DNA of 59,820 nt, filler included, from Basidioascus undulatus (Eukaryota), in the NCBI GenBank assembly GCA_000826855.1. It is 5 parts of 5 records of this genome, joined end to end, with 100 filler letters (N's around TTAATTAATTAA, not from the genome) between each part and the next. Parts side by side here need not be neighbours in the genome. Positions count along the whole stretch, not along the records: positions 1 to 28,318 come from JTLS01000149.1; 4 more parts are not named here. One strand, given 5' to 3'. The notes beneath the pieces are model-generated. The model ran no database searches. It was not told the DNA's origin and saw only the letters and a list, made by a program, of their open reading frames with translations. Position 1 is the stretch's first letter. Every line of letters starts with the position of its first letter. The translations under genes and the position numbers were made by a program. Positions 15,238 to 27,300 of this stretch are shown here, one piece after another.

Positions 15238-18017
15238 TTACGCCCTCAGCCGCTTCACCAAGAGCGGCAGTTGCGTGCCCTTTGCTTCCTCGCCGACGAC
15301 CAGCGTGCTGAGGGTAGGCATCTCCACCCGGTGCAGCTTGATGTCGGCATCGCGAGGGTGGAAAGAATCTGTCTCCCCTTTGCATAAGTACGGAACCTGG
15401 CCGGGGCGGTTATCGGACGCACAGTTGAGAACAAGATGGGAGACGACGATCTGTGTCCGTTAATAGTGAGCTTCGGCTTCAGCTAAGGAGCGCTGGGGAG
15501 CATTCATTGGCTGCGCTGACCTTGACCTCGTGCAGAGCGAAGCGTTGTCCCAAGCTGAAGTGCGAGAGGAGGTCAGACGGTCCAGCAAGCTGCTTTAATG
15601 CGTCTTGCTCACCAAACTCGAACACCCGAGCTGAACGTCTGCAGTCCGCTCCAGCCCTGAATGGCGTTGTTCTTCTGGCCGTCGAGCCAACGCTCCGGCC
15701 GGAAAACGTCAGCATCCTCCCAAACGCCGTTGATCTTGTTCGCCGTCTCGTTGTCCTTGGAACGACCAAAAGTATTTAGTATCAACGTAGGTTGCCGCTG
15801 CATAGCACACGCACGATGTCGATCTCCTGTCCTTTAGGGACCTTGATGTGGGTGATCATCTTGCCTGAGCGGCCCTTCACAGGCTTCGAAAGCGGGATGA
15901 CCTCGTCCTTGGCAGCCTGCAGCATTCGGGTGTTAGTCCAGTTACGGTTTGGTACTACACAAAGCAATGCCGTTGCTACGTGCCATCCTATGATTCATCG
16001 CAAACGGCGTCTCGAGCCGCAGCGTCTCCTTTACGAACTACAGACCGCAGCGTCAGTCGAACTGCCATAATGCCTGTACGACCAAGTCAACATGTTTTCC
16101 GTACCACATCCAGGTATGGCAGAGTAGTGGCCGTGGCTACATCCTCGTACGTCGGCGGCCTACCATGCGCTTGCAGCTCGGATCGCAGCCTGTCTTGGAC
16201 CTCCGGGTTCTGTGCGAGGCGATTGAACGCGAGCGCGAGGGCGCCAGCGGAGGTTTCCTATGCGCCGAAACGGTTTTAAGCACGCACGGTGCGAGCGACG
16301 CGCATTTCTGGGGAATGGAACTGGACGCACGTGGCCGGCAAAGACTGCGAGCGCGACTTCGTCCACGATGTCGTCGTTCGAAAGGGTGTTGTCGAGCTTG
16401 ACTGGTGCGTTGCAGTGTATGTGATAAGCGGCAACCGACTGAGCCGGATAGATGGTCCACTCACGAAGCTGGCTCATGAAGTCCTTGCCTCCCTTGCTCG
16501 CAGCCTCAAACTCGCCACTCTCCATCTTTCGCCGCGTCTCTTCCAAGATCGAGTGCGCCTCCTCCTGAAGCGCGACCCGCAGCCGAGTGAGCTCCCTTAT
16601 GGCGGGTATGGGCAGGCGCAGGAGCCAGGGGACGACACGAGTGAAGGCGTTGATCTGATATGGCAGACGGAGGGGAGGACGCAGTGAGGACAGGGGACGC
16701 AAGGTAAGGGAGGAGAGCAACGAGGAACTGAACTGACCAGCAAGTAGGCCATTTTGTTCTTCTGGCTTTCGGCATCGACCGCGTCCGTAATGCGCGTCGA
16801 CTTGCCAGCCGTCGCTTGAGGGTTGTAGCCGAACACCGCCTGTCAAGCGGGGACGTTGTCGTCAATTATCACTGTTAATGTGGTTAAAGGTCCTCTTTCC
16901 CTACTTGACAGATAATGTCGAGCCTGAAACGAAGTCGTGTCAGCCCAAAATGTCGACACTGGGGGATCAGCTGTGTTCGTGGACTCGCGTGAGACGAATC
17001 ATCCAGTGATGCATGTTCAGGATCGCCTCCTCTTTCTCTCCGAGAGACGCGTTCCACTGGTCCTTGAGCTATTAGGAAGAGAGCGTCTTTTCTGTCAGGC
17101 GAATCTTGGTGCGGTACACCATGTCTAGCCACTCACCACCTCCACGTTCTCGAAGATGACCGGCGCCAAGTCTTTGACAACCTCCGGGCTGGCGATGCTC
17201 GTTGTCAGCTGGAAGAAATAGACTGACTGGATCCGCAAAGCGTTACCCAAAGGAGCTGCAGGAGGAAGAAGCAACAGTCAGCCTTGGAAAACACGCCGTT
17301 GGATGATGGACGAACGGGTTCAGAAGCTTGCGCCTGGCTTTGTGCTCGTTTCCCTCCTTGAGCACTGCGAATACGCGTGATCAGGATCAGTCCCGCGACC
17401 TTCCTTCAGAAAGACATCAATCACACACAGATGCCATTCCGCGAGGTGAACATCAGCGAGAGTTGCCGGACCAGTTCAGGCTTGACAAAGTTATAGGGAG
17501 CTTTCGTGAACTGCAGAGAGCTGGTTTAAGTTGATTTGGAAATGGCAAGGGAGAGAGAGACAGGCTGAGGTCGCACAATGTGGTTGATAGCAGCGGCGTC
17601 AGCGACCCGGAGAATCGGCGCGTAGCCAAGAGACGACTTCAACCTGCGCGGATACTTTCAGCAATTGCCATTGGCATGCAGCTGTACAACTAGGCGAGTG
17701 CGTACTTTATGGCGCTACCGTATTTGCTGAACCAGCGCCCGGTGATGTCGCCAATCTCAGACTCAAGCATCTGATACTCATTTCCGAGCAACCAGTCCGC
17801 CTCGTCGCCCTGAGAGAAAGTCAGCAAGGTACAGTTTGTAATGTGAGATTCAGGGACGTACGGGGCCAGGCAGATCCCGCAGGCACCACCACTGCTTGAT
17901 GCGAAAGTGAAGAAAAGGAACGAGATAGTAAGAAACCAGGGCGATTGCACCCAGCGTCAGGTAATCAGACGGCCCTATGGCGAAGGGAACCCCGTTCACG
18001 AGTGTAGCGGAGCTCAT
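15238..18017 (-). CDS. Cytochrome P450 (ER-anchored, multi-exon)
   Basis: N-terminal anchor YLTLGAIALVSYYLVPFL followed by LRDLPGP. Also EGNEHKARRKLLNPSFG, I-helix AVFAGHETSA, ETLR, FRPERW and heme motif FSSGVRVCLGQRFA (Cys codon split by an intron). Ends LPLLVKRLRA*. Has a 9-nt microexon at 17247-17255. Confidence 0.93.
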
Positions 18018-18941
18018 GATCGATCAGAGATCGTGTCGAGGGGGTCCGGACGATGTGTGCAACACGTCGTAGAAGAGATGAGCTCTGATGAGTGCGGTGG
18101 TAGAGGAAAAGAAGGTGGAGGTCGAAAGAACCGGAAGTCGAAATGGCGACCTCGGGAAGGGTTCGAAATCGAAGCGGAATCCAAGATATCGCATAGCGAC
18201 AACGGCGCCCGACGACCATGCAGCGGAGTATGCACTCATGGCTTCAAAGTCTGGTTGTTGGTTTGCAGCTTACGCGTGCCGACACCGTTGTAGCGCGTAC
18301 GTTTGGAAGGGCTGCCTATGTACGACCGAAGATGCTCGAGTTGAGCGTCTAGGGGGCATCTGCCTTTCTGCGGTACACCGATCAAGTTAACCTGAGCAAC
18401 ATGAAGAACTCCTTTCTGCGTACCGGAGAGCCCCTCGACATGGTGTTCACGGCGGCTCCACCCGCATGCGAGGCGCAGGAGGGCACAGACCCCCGCCCAG
18501 TGGCTGCCCCGCACTGCAAGGAACGGCTCGGCACCTGGCAAATGGCGAATCGCAAAACTTTGAGGCTTGGGGCCAATCACAAGGCCCAACAGGGAGTCAA
18601 CCGCTTTGCTCAACGTTGAATGACCTGATGCTGCCCTTCGTCCCGCTGCCTCCGGTTCGAATTTGTGCCCTGCTAGCGATTATTCTAAAGAGCTTGCTTC
18701 TAAAGGCCCCTGGCTTTCCGAACTCGAGATATGAGGCTGCAGGGGATGTGAGAATAGCGAGTTCCGCAGTCGATATTGATCTTGCCTTCACTCGAGGAAC
18801 ATCTCTTGGTGAAAACTGTCTATAAAGATGCATACACGGTGCATGACTGTGCCAGATACTGAGAGCAAAGCTTAACCTTTCGTTTCTTTGGGCTTTGTAC
18901 GGCTTTGTGGGACGGTATCAATTTGAGTGCTGAAGACGTGA

Positions 18942-18959
18942 CGGTCTGTGCACAGTCCG
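18942..18959. promoter_or_regulatory. Near-perfect palindrome CGG-N12-CCG between the divergent P450 and hydrolase genes
   Basis: CGGTCTGTG|CACAGTCCG, one mismatched pair in 18 bp. Inverted CGG triplets are the typical Zn2Cys6 site geometry. Confidence 0.3.
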
Positions 18960-19305
18960 GCAGCACCGTCCGTCGCGGCAATCAGCGCTTGTCAGCGCTG
19001 AGTGATCTTTTGATAGCGCCCGCATAGGTACTGCTCATTTTACCGTGCCTTATGGTGTGAGTTTATTCAATCACCCTAATAGCTTCACATGTCATCCCCG
19101 ACGGGAGTACCCTGAGAAGCATCCGTGCTGGTGAACTTGCTGAGGCCGCCGACCGAAGCCAGCCATCCAGCCCTTTGTCCCCCTTCTTCCCTTCGACTTT
19201 GGTCCTCACCGCAATTGCACGCTCTCATTTCACTGCAGAACAACCACCTCCATCTCGAACTTCTCGACCATACACTCTCTTCACACACTCACATTCTCTC
19301 GCACA

Positions 19306-20734
19306 ATGCCGTACATCCCCGTCACTGGCGGCGAGCTGTACTTCACGTTGGCCACCCCGGGTGGGAAGATTGAAACGGTCGACGAGGCGTACGACACAAT
19401 CATATTCGTACCGTGAGTATTAGACTTCCATTCTCCAAAGCCTGTGGCTGATGGATTTGTCTGATCCGCAGACTCCATGGCACGGGTCTGCCCGAAGTCT
19501 TCTACCGCAATCAACTGAACGACCCACGTCTTCGGGAGAAGTTCAACCTTGTAGGCGACGTTCAGTCTGAATACCTCTCCCCAAAGTTACTGACCCTCAG
19601 CTTCTCCATTGTACAGGTCACCTTCGACCTGCCCGGCTTCCAGCGCTCCAAGTCCGATGACCCGCCCACAAGCGCGCGCTCGCGCGAGATGCGGGACATG
19701 GCGAAGCAGCTGCAGGAGGCAACCGCGAAGTTGACTTCTAAGGCTGTCCATGTGTTCTCTTGGGCGTTTGGAGGGTGTCTTTGCGAGCTTTGGGCTTCGC
19801 AGAACCCGGGGCAGATCAAGTCCCTGTTTTTGGGTGGCGTCCCGGCGCCTTCTATGGTGAGTTGGATGAAGGACGTGGAGCCGAATCGGCGGCCGCTACG
19901 TTACTGAAAATGAGTAACATAAACAGGAGCCGGAGGAGAAGGACCAGTGAGTGGAGCACAAGGCGTGCGTGCTCTATGACCGTGGCTGAACCGTACGATT
20001 GTCTTTTGACAGATACAATGAGACCATCGGTGCGTGCTGTACTGAATACCGAGAACTAACTGATTAAATTGGTCTCACTCTCTTAGCGCCGTTTGTCAGA
20101 CTTCATGGCTGAAGACGAGGAGGGCATTGAAGCTGCCGAGCGCGTGGCGCTCGCCATCCTCCCAATCGCCTTCACCAAGCGGGGCCAGTTTGCAGACCTA
20201 GACGAGGAGGACGAATTTCTGGACGCCTTCCGTCAGATGATGATTGAGGACCCCGCACCCGTGGCCCGGCGCAATCGCGAGTTCCTCAGGAGCGTCACAG
20301 TGGATCGATGGGGTGAGTTCTCAGGCGGCTGGATTGCGAGTTTGAGGCATAGCGGACTGAAGAAAGGGTCCCGGTCAGGCCTTCCGCTGGAGCAGAGGGA
20401 GTGTATCAAGTGCCCGGCGTTCTTTGTCTACGGAGGTAGGTGCCCTAGAACCCCCGGCTGGTGGAACCATACCAGGATTAACGCGTCTTTCTTTGTGCGC
20501 AGAACACGACCTCATGAATCCAGGCGGAACCGTGCTCGACCTCCTCGTAAAAGACCTACCAAATGCAAAGAGCGAGACGCACCTCATGCCCGGTCCGCAC
20601 TTTGTCGGTTTATACCGCAAGTCCGCTCACGAGCTCAACACCATGTACGCATGGCCGTTTTCTCTCGTTTGTCGAATCGCATGCTGACTGTGGTTGGCTG
20701 CAGAGCTTTCGACTTTTTCACCCGGGCTAGCTAG
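19306..20734 (+). CDS. Alpha/beta-hydrolase-fold protein with a non-canonical nucleophile elbow
   Basis: Spliced: MPYIPVTGGELYF, QLNDPRLREKFNLVTFDLPGFQRS, elbow VHVFSWAFGG, NPGQIKSLFL, IKCPAFFVYGEHD, LMPGPHF. Ends FDFFTRAS*. Confidence 0.8.
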
Positions 20735-21029
20735 TAGAGGGTCACATTGATCCATTCTTCGTCTGCAATGCTACGTGTGTGAACTGTGAAAGCAGACTGC
20801 CAAGTGTGCACACGCTTTTACCTCGACTTTTCATGCGCCACTAAAGGAATAAGGTGCATTTAGGTAGACCTTGGATTTAGATTTTCTAACTTCATGTGTC
20901 TCCAGACCGTCCGCTCTCTGCAGCTGATACGTTGGCGATTCCCAACTCCATCTCATCACGTGTGCCGCTTAGCTTCCCTTCCCGTGCAACGCGTCCCCGC
21001 CATGACTCGCCTTCTTCCCGACCCTCATC

Positions 21030-21769
21030 ATGACATCCATAGCGCTCTCCGCCGCAGGATCCTCCTTTGGTCCGCCGCGCGTCGGCGTAGGCGTCTTCAT
21101 CCTCAACGCGTCGCGGCAGATCTTAGTAGGGCAGAGGCTGGGCTCTCACGGGGCTGGTACGCACCTTCCTTTCCCCTTAGCGCCATCTCCGACATCTTCG
21201 TCTGACTTTGCCTGCGTTTGAAGGCACTATCGCTCTGCCGGGCGGGCATTTTGAGTTTGGGGAGTCATTCGAGGAGGTGCGCGGTGCAGCTGGAAGAAAG
21301 ACACAGGGAGAGCCGGCTGAGTGTGTGACGAGGACGCAGTGCTCTGCTCGCGAAGTCGCTGAGGAGACGGGACTCGTGCTCGACGAGAAGGCTATCGAGT
21401 TCGGGACGGCCGTGAGCACGGTTTCGGAGGAGAAGCACTATGTGACTGTGTTTACGCAGACGCGACTGCCGGAGGGTTCGCCTGCGCCGCAGGTACGCCG
21501 CTTCGCATCGCTGTTTCTACCGTGTTTCCGGGCGAGATGCTGATAAGACGGAGGGAGGGCAGTTGCTGGAGCCCCATAAGTGTGCGGGGTGGTACTGGGC
21601 GAGTTGGGAGGAGCTGAAGGGTATGGCTGAGCGGGACGGGGAGGCGGAGGTGGTGACGCAGGGGCACGGAAAGCCGAGGCTGTTCGCGCCGCTGGTGGAG
21701 ATGTTTAGGACGAGAAGACAGTATCGGCCGTGGAGCGCGGAGGACGATAGCGCAGGAAAGAGCGCATAG
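21030..21769 (+). CDS. Nudix hydrolase, NUDT15/MTH2 / plant NUDX1-like
   Basis: [50 protein letters not shown] (Nudix box), KHYVTVF, LLEPHKCAGWYW, LFAPL. Three introns. Confidence 0.92.
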
Positions 21770-21838
21770 ATTGCGTTGAGACGGATGAAATAGATGCAGT
21801 ACCTGTCACGCGAGGAATGTTAAGTCGGAGAGTGTCCA

Positions 21839-23185
21839 TCATGCCGCTTTGAACACCCTCAATAGCTCCTTCTCCCACTCCTTCCAGTCCTCTCCGCCGT
21901 CCTCCTTTGCCCCAGCCTTCTCCTCGGCCTTCTCCTCAGCCTTCTCCTCGGTCTTCCCACCCCCCACCGCCTCCTCCACCTCGCCCTTCTCCATCTCATC
22001 CAGCGCCCTCTGAAACAATTCCCACTTCACGACGCCCTCCTCGTCCCCCACGATCCCCGCGCCATCCGCACCCCTCGCGCCAGGCAGCGCGAACTCCGCC
22101 TGCCGTGTCCTCGTCAACGTGACGACGTGGGCCGCGCTTCCCAGCGCCCTCCCCAAATCATGTACGACGCTGCGCACATACGTGCCCCCGCTCACGGTCA
22201 TCCGCAGCTTGAAGACCGGCGGGACACCCTCCACGTCCGCCTCGCTGAGCGACTGGTCCGCGGCGGGCGCGGCCGTGCCCGTGAGCTCCTCGACTTTGCG
22301 CATCGCGGCTGCGTCGTCGGAAGAGAGCGTGCGCGTGGGCCACCTGTAGGAGTGCGACCCGCCGGGCGTGAATTCGAGGAGCTCGATGGAGGTGATGGTG
22401 CATTTGCGGGGGTCGATCGGCCGCGGCAGGGCCGTCCCGGAGCGCGCGTACTCGTGCAGGCGCTTGCCGTCGATGCGGATCGCAGAGTAGCTGCAGGAGG
22501 GATATGAGATGAGATCTGATCTTCACGAATGGTAAAGGGAAGAGGGAGGGTGAAACGCTCACACTGGCGGTAGTTGCTCGATCTCCCCACGGAATTGGTC
22601 AAGCGCCTTCTCAACTTGCTCGCGCGTGACATGCGCCCATGGGGCGGTACGTACACGCGCGCCCTCAGAGTCGTACGAGTCTGTCGCGCACCCGAGAAGA
22701 CCGGTCGTGACGTATTCCTGATCGCAAGGAGTTGCTGAAGGTCAGCAAAGGTGCGAATCCCGGCAGACATCAGAGGGGCAACGGACCTTCGTGCACTCCA
22801 GAAAGCGCGAGAGCTGCTTCGTGCCGCCGTTCACGCCGATAACTAGTACGGCCGCACAAAAACATCAGTATACTATCACCAAACTCCTTCCTAGGATCCA
22901 AAGAATCAGAAAGCGCGACGCACCGAGCACCCCGTCCGCGAGCGGGTCCAGCGTCCCCCCCTGCCCGACCTTGACCTCCCCATTCTTCCCCCCGCGGTTC
23001 TTCTTCCATTTTGGTCTCTTGTTGGGAGGGGGTGGGGGAGGTGCACCCGGCGCGCGGAAGAGCGCGGACTGGCGGAAGAGCGGCTTAAGACGGTCGAGGA
23101 TCGACATGGACGTCGGACCGCTCGGCTTTGCCAGAGCGAACAGGCCGGAGAGGGGGAGGGGCGCGGTGGAGGGTGCCTTCGGCAT
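21839..23185 (-). CDS. PUS4: tRNA pseudouridine-55 synthase (TruB family)
   Basis: GLFALAKPSGPTS, KVGQGGTLDPLADGVL (catalytic Asp), EYVTTGLLGCATDSYDSEG, YSAIRIDGKRLHEYAR, MTVSGGTYVRSVVHDLG, AHVVTLTRTRQ. Confidence 0.95.
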
Positions 23186-24426
23186 GGCGTTACAGTGAGA
23201 TTGTGGGTGAAACGGAGTATAATGGGGATTATGGAGGGAGAGAAAGAGGGAGGGAAGAGGGAGGAAGGAACGTAGAAACGCGTGGGAATTGCGCTTGGCA
23301 GCTTGACAGGACAGCTTGACAGGACAGCTTGTCGGATCCTGCAGTGCAACTCTGCGTAAACTGCCTAGTAGCAGGATAGGTAAATGCACACGGTTGCGTT
23401 GTACTCAACCGCGATGACATGATATATTCGGTAAGTCGTAAGGTCGAGACCCGTAGGCGGGAAAGACACCAAAGCTCTGCAAGACACTTCCACAGTGTGC
23501 TGCTTTGCACCGTTTACTTGCAGCATAGAGACGCGTTTGCCCAGAACAAGCCGAATCCTTGAGGAACCTAGTAGTAAAGAATTAGGGGTACTCCAGTGGC
23601 ATGTAAAGCGTAGTCAAACTCTCGACTTCCAGTTCATCGAACTGTTCGGGCAATGTGCACGCCTTACACACTCTCGTGCGGACACTGCCTAAACTACTTG
23701 GAAACATGCAGACTACCGTAACTGACAATGCATCACCTGTGGTACTGCTGATGACGCTCTCGAGCAAGAGCCACCAGTGTGGCAGAGTATGGCAGCGTTG
23801 GTGAGCAGTGACAACACAACCCGTTCAGGCTCTTGCACCAACCTTTCGATGTGCTTTACCTCGAAGCGCACCTTGATAGATTGGATATAAGGGAAAAATC
23901 CAAAGGAAAACTGAATTAGTCAGGATGCGATGGTCTGCAGGTCAAGACAGCCAAAGAGGCTTGCAAGGTGGCAGTCAGACGGTAATCACAGCGGTAGTCA
24001 CAGCGGTAGTCACAGCGGTCTCGGATGATTGGGATGTTATGAAAGACTGAGGGTCTTGAGCGTGGATGCTTTGTTCAACATTCGGCATAAAAACGCCTCG
24101 TCGCCACTCTCTCTGGCAGTCCTCCCATCTCCACTTTCGCAACGCACCCACCCTCGCAGTTGCTTCTCCCCTATCTCCTACGTTACTCCTGCCCTTCTTC
24201 GACCTGCTCCCATAAGCCTATATTTTATTTCTTACTCTTCGCGGGCCCCATCCCTATACCCCTCTTTCCTTGATCACACCCAACCCTCGCCGCGCTGCGA
24301 TAAACATATCAACGCCCCGTCCACACTCTTTCTCAATTACTGTACATCTGGCTTTCCAACGCCTCAAACGGTTTTGGATTAAAACCTAACCATACGTAAT
24401 AACAACAGGTCATATATTCAGCCGAA

Positions 24427-27300
24427 TGATGAGCACGGCTATCGATATCGAGATTCTCCATCCGAGAGTATGCCCAGTTTGAAAGCCCCGGCGGTGTTAC
24501 AAGCTCATGACCACCTGCCGCCTGCCCGTACGTCCAGGACTTCGGCATTGATGTGCCAAACAGACAGCCCATGGATATCATCTCCATTCAATGATTGGTT
24601 TGGCATGTGCCATCCTCGCGGAGGCAATAAAGCTCAACTGTGCGTTATGCGTCCTGGAGGATGATAGGTAAGGGTGGGCTTGTCAGTCGCTGACAGGATG
24701 CGCTGAGGTTGTGCGGGCAGAAGCGCATCATCGATATAGGGAAGAGGACCACGACGCGGATGTTAAGGCCGCCCTGGGCATCATCCGCGCCTACTGGAAC
24801 GGCGGCCGCTGGGACGACAACTCCAGACTCGTCGTTGGACGACGAGTCTGAAGAGGAGGAATTTTCCGACCAGACTCCTACAACCAAGACTCCTCGTTTC
24901 ACGACTCTTCCAACGACGAGTCCTCATTTCAAGATTCCTACAACCAGGATTCCTCGTTTCACGGCTCCTCAATCCATGACTCTTTGACCAACGATTCCTC
25001 GGTCCACGACACCTCATCTAGCGACTCTTCGTTCCACAACTCTTCCAATAGGACCGCCTCCTTGAACGACTGATTTCTCCGACGACAACTCTTCGCACGA
25101 TGACCCTTTGAATGACGACTCGGAAGCGCCTGAGGGTTGTACGTCCTCGTCCTCAGTGCCATTGACTCCCGAGCTGCATTTTGCGGATGTATGCTCTTCC
25201 TGTGCGTTAGCCGCTCTAATTTCTCTTCTGACCAGCGGCGACAGTGCTAACGAGTCCCTGCTATGTAGCTTGGACAAGCCCAGCCCTTCTGGCCTCGTCG
25301 TCACCGCCCCGTCGAGCCCTCCCGCATTCCGCGTCGATGGCGACGATGCCGCGACCGAGCATGTCCACTAAAGGTTCATCAGGTATGTTTTTTTTCTGAA
25401 CCAGCTGTGTGTAAAACTTGATTATGTTTCCCTCATAAGCAGATTGGGCAAGCCCCGACCGTATGGCTTCACCCTCACCCCCGGCCAGTCCAGATCTCGT
25501 CGATCTCGGTCATTCTGCGGTGAGACCAACGAAGCCGCCACTGCGCAAGGATTACTCAGGTAAGTTCTTCTCACTGAATAGAGTGTTTTGCTATTACTGA
25601 AAATTTCCCTGACATGTAGATTTCGAGAGCCTCGATGTTCCCGCTCGCCCACACCGCCGATGCGATCGTCGCGGACGCCAGTCCGCGTTTCCTTGAGCAC
25701 ATCGACCTCGTCCCCTGCGTCTTTTACAGCTCTATGCGATTTCATGAGAAATCATAGTCTTATTCCTTACCAAACTTTACAGACTTGGACATCCTGCTCT
25801 GTGCCACTTCTCCGCACAGAAGCTCGCTGCCAAAGCCCATGCAGGCAAGGCAGCGGCGCCCTTCGGCAACAGACCTTTTACTGGGTGCGTTATTCACTTG
25901 AGTTCCATACAAAGGGCAGTTCTGATACCTTTTAAAATTCACGATAGATTTTTCTGCCCTTCGCATCTCGGCCGCGCCTCCTCCCACGAGCAGACAGCGA
26001 GAAGCGCCCACGAAGCAGCGTCTGTCTTATAGGGCGGACACGGTATCCGGTGTGCACCTCTTTCATCACGGTGCCTATACCTCAAGAGATTTACTAGGAT
26101 GGCCATTTACAGACTTCCTGGAATCTCTTGCGCTCTCGCCCTCTGGTTCGCTCGACAGCACGCCGTCACACCTGGAGGATCCAACTATTCGCGGACCGAC
26201 AGCAACTATTGAGAAAACGACAGGTCCCTCCAGTAGGTCAACCTTTGCAACGCAGGGCCTCATGTCACCCCCTAACTGGTGAATGTACCGCTTGCAACCC
26301 GCGACCTCCCAGCTCCGTCTTCGCCTTCGCCACCGCGATCAGGCGTGAAGCCGAAGCAGGTGCCAGCATATGTGTCTTTGCCCTCCACCCTATCATCGGG
26401 TACGCTTGCCCTCAAGCTTCGCAGGACTTGGATCGTAACTAATTACTCTTCAGACATTATTCATGCATCTCCTTTCTCCCCCGCGCCTCCCCAAGCCCTG
26501 ACCCGGATGCAGGAACCTGAAGCGGCCCTGCCGCCGTCAAGCGCAATTGAGTGCCCACCATCGGGTATGTCCCTTGAAACTATCCCAAAAAATCAGAACG
26601 CTTCTGAACCCCTTGTAACTATAGACTTCTGTCCGACGATGGCGCGTTGTCCCTGCCCCTGCCCTCGTCCACGCCCCAAGGTGTCAGATCACCCTGTATG
26701 CAAAAGAGATATGTTCAATTCTCCACGGTTCCGAAGCTTACACTCTTTCGCGCGGACAGGGGCCCGCCCCCCACGACCCTCGCTATTTACACCGCGCAGG
26801 AAGCCCGCCCTCGCACGACCTCCCGCCCGTATGTCCAGTTTCCACCGGTTATGCCGGTCATCCAGTCCATTACCAGGCTGAAATTTTTACCTGTATAAAC
26901 AGCACACTCAGCTCCTGGTGCCCCGGGGCGGCAACACACCCCGGGTAGGACAACTGCGCGTGCACAACCCCAAGCCCGTATCTCCATTCTTTAGTCACTG
27001 TGCTTCTCTTCTTGTCTACGGGGCCGCTGAACGTGGTGTCTACTTTTTATCAGCAGCACCCAAGACCACAGACACCCTATCCCAGCAAGATTACACTGGC
27101 ATCGAGACCGGGACGTCGTCGCTGCGTCGCGGACGCAGCTGAAGTACACTCTGTTGATGCCGAGCCTGATGGGCATAACGCACGACGCCGACCCGGAAGT
27201 CCGCCGCAGCGGGGTCAAAAGGCTTAAAGGAGAAGAAGAAGCCCGAAAACGGGAACAAGGTCGTCCATCCTCTTCAGCAGAAGGTCTTCGACCGGGCTTA
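24427..27300 (+). pseudogene. Decayed multi-exon gene of unknown family containing an acidic repeat region
   Basis: Pyrimidine-rich leader at about 24100-24350, several GT..AG intron-like segments (e.g. near 24668, 25383, 25560), and coding-like blocks such as YREEDHDADVKAALGIIRAYWNGGRWDD interrupted by stops and frameshifts. Boundaries are approximate. Confidence 0.3.
24873..25070 (+). repeat. Degenerate 15-bp tandem array (13 units) encoding D-S-x-x-x pentapeptides
   Basis: Reads DSYNQ DSSFH DSSND ESSFQ DSYNQ DSSFH GSSIH DSLTN DSSVH DTSSS DSSFH NSSNR TASLN D*. The period is exactly 15 nt throughout. Confidence 0.8.

Noticed and set aside
24873..25070. Periodic array as a CRISPR-like locus
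   Set aside because: Units are contiguous 15-mers without unique spacers, the context is eukaryotic, and there are no cas genes.
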